A stretch of DNA of 64,000 bases from NCBI GenBank assembly GCA_039818205.1, contig JBCBUK010000004.1, positions 8,302 through 72,301 on the forward strand, in the 5' to 3' direction. Below the pieces are notes generated by a model. That model was given only the letters and a program-made list of their open reading frames with translations. It was not told where the DNA came from and ran no database searches. How positions within the stretch are numbered: the stretch's first letter is position 1; the number at the start of each line of letters is the position of its first letter. This document shows, one piece after another, positions 62,362 through 64,000 of the stretch. A program made the position numbers and the translations under genes. Origin of the DNA: Verrucomicrobiota bacterium (lineage in GTDB: Bacteria; Verrucomicrobiota; Verrucomicrobiia; Opitutales; Cerasicoccaceae).

Positions 62362-64000
62362 CTATTTCCGGACGCGATTCGCGAGGACTCGCCAGCGCTG
62401 ACCAAGACTCTGCAAGTAGTTGACCAGGCGCTCGCGGTATTTGATATTTTCGGTCACATTGGTATCCGGTCCAGCGGTCGATCGGAAGTAGTCATAGAAC
62501 TGCGTCTTACCGATTTCGTCCATCTCCCAGGAGGCGAAGTTGATGATGCGCTGGATGAAGAGTTTTGTCTCGCGCTCGTAGTAACTCACATCCCGATTGT
62601 CGACTCGCATCTTATCGACGTAGTCGTCGAACAGGCGACGCATCGTGGGGTTGTTGTAAAACTCGGGATCGTTCGCCAAATAGTAATAAATAGCGAGCGA
62701 GTCTTCGTTGAAATTCCGAATTGTATTGTATTGGCGTTGCCACTTCGACCAGTCGATCCGTTCCCATTGATTTACGGAGTCGATGCGGTAGCCAAACCAA
62801 CGAATGATGGCGCCGTCTTCAACCACCTCGTCATCGATGTTCGCTGCTTCGGCAAAATTCTCAGGCATGTCTTTGCGGACATAGGTCGCGACACCGATCA
62901 CCTCACCGGTATCCAAGTTAATAATGGGACTGCCGCTGTTGCCGGGCACAAAGCGGGCATCAATTTCCACGCGATCGGGGCCGACGCCGAGTACACGACC
63001 GTCTACTTGGGTGACCACACCGCCACCAAGTTTATTGCCTGGGACGACAACGCGGTCACCAATTTCGGTGTCGCTGGAGACGTCGGCTGCCGCCGCAAGT
63101 TCTCCCTTCGACCCGGCAACTGATATGATCGCGATGTCATGCCCAATCGCACCGTAGATTTCTCCGGCCTCCACGGGTTCACCATCGACGGTCCGAATAT
63201 TCAATCGGCGATGACCCGAGATGACGTGCTGGTTCGTCACAATAAAGTTTTTGCCGCGAATGTTGCAAAAGAAGCCGGTGCCAACGCCTTGGTCGCCTTC
63301 GATCACGACGATCGCTTTCATTTGATCAGGGGTCAGCAGGGACTGGTCTTTGCGCGCGGCTGCACTTTGGCGACTTCCGGGCAGGGAAGCGACGTCGTTG
63401 ACTTCTGCTGCTCCAATAGTTCTGGGTTTGCCGGCATTTGGGTCGGGCTCATTGGGCACGGGAGTCTCGGAGGTGCGAGGCGTTCCATCGATACGGACGA
63501 CGCCGGTCGCGGAGGCCTCCAGATCACTTTCGGGAATGGGCGGCATCTCGGCTGATCCGAAGGCAATCGTTCCTGGGTCGGTATCGAAGAACGGTGGGCG
63601 CTCGCGGTTGATTGCCAGCAGATCCTTACCCACTGCCTTACCAAAACCGGGCTGGATAAGTGTTGTTACACCGGTGTAGTCGGTGCCGTCTTTCCTCTCG
63701 GCCATCAACTTGACGACCGCAACCGGCGATCGGGTGAGCCAAATCGCAATCGCGGTATCGTCAGCCGTCCTCCAGCCAACGAGATCCGTTTGCACGCCCG
63801 CAAGGTTTTCTTCTCCGATCCACCAAACCTTGGAAGGGAAGGTGCTGCCGCCGTCGATCCATTCCGTGGGCTCGCCAATGATCGGTTGAATTTCTGGGAT
63901 GGAGCTCAGCAGCCAATCCGGAACTGGGTTGAAATTAACTAGAACTTCGTTGTTCTCGGTGATCGCGGTGACCAAAGACTCAGTAGTCATCGGCAAGGTG
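62362..64000 (-). CDS. Trypsin-like serine protease, probably truncated at its 5' end by the window edge
   Basis: GTGFF, TNQHV (His), HDIA (Asp), PGNSGSP (Ser); the frame is open to the window end. Confidence 0.85.
   Translation of the reverse strand, partial: TLPMTTESLVTAITENNEVLVNFNPVPDWLLSSIPEIQPIIGEPTEWIDGGSTFPSKVWWIGEENLAGVQTDLVGWRTADDTAIAIWLTRSPVAVVKLMAERKDGTDYTGVTTLIQPGFGKAVGKDLLAINRERPPFFDTDPGTIAFGSAEMPPIPESDLEASATGVVRIDGTPRTSETPVPNEPDPNAGKPRTIGAAEVNDVASLPGSRQSAAARKDQSLLTPDQMKAIVVIEGDQGVGTGFFCNIRGKNFIVTNQHVISGHRRLNIRTVDGEPVEAGEIYGAIGHDIAIISVAGSKGELAAAADVSSDTEIGDRVVVPGNKLGGGVVTQVDGRVLGVGPDRVEIDARFVPGNSGSPIINLDTGEVIGVATYVRKDMPENFAEAANIDDEVVEDGAIIRWFGYRIDSVNQWERIDWSKWQRQYNTIRNFNEDSLAIYYYLANDPEFYNNPTMRRLFDDYVDKMRVDNRDVSYYERETKLFIQRIINFASWEMDEIGKTQFYDYFRSTAGPDTNVTENIKYRERLVNYLQSLGQRWRVLANRVRK

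Overview
A mostly core-genome bacterial window. Gene content and order suggest Verrucomicrobiota, most like Opitutales; this is inference from the murD-LysM-ftsW order, the murC-murB fusion and the divergent FtsZ. The centre is a complete dcw operon (mraZ, rsmH, ftsL-like, ftsI, murE, murF, mraY, murD, LysM protein, ftsW, murG, murC-murB, ddl, ftsQ, ftsA, ftsZ) preceded by four phased MraZ boxes. Flanking housekeeping genes include murA, ruvB, metH, rsmG, a UvrD/PcrA helicase, rpsU, tlyA, an Uup-like ABC-F, holB, hemF-hemE-hemL, a CPA2 antiporter, a cysteine desulfurase and fabV. A signalling module sits at the left edge and two accessory genes are frameshifted. I saw no tRNA, rRNA, CRISPR array, IS or prophage, and I cannot demonstrate a clearly new multi-gene system. 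The best leads are: (1) FtsZ has Met in place of the catalytic T7-loop Asp; (2) two small Arg-rich ORFs sharing ARQD flank rsmH inside the dcw operon; (3) a multi-stem candidate RNA with mutually exclusive hairpins lies in an AT-rich intergenic region upstream of the antiporter; (4) a stand-alone disordered protein resembles the RNase E C-terminal scaffold; (5) an orphan UrtA/AmiC-type binding protein sits between two sensor genes. All calls come from reading motifs by eye; no searches were run.
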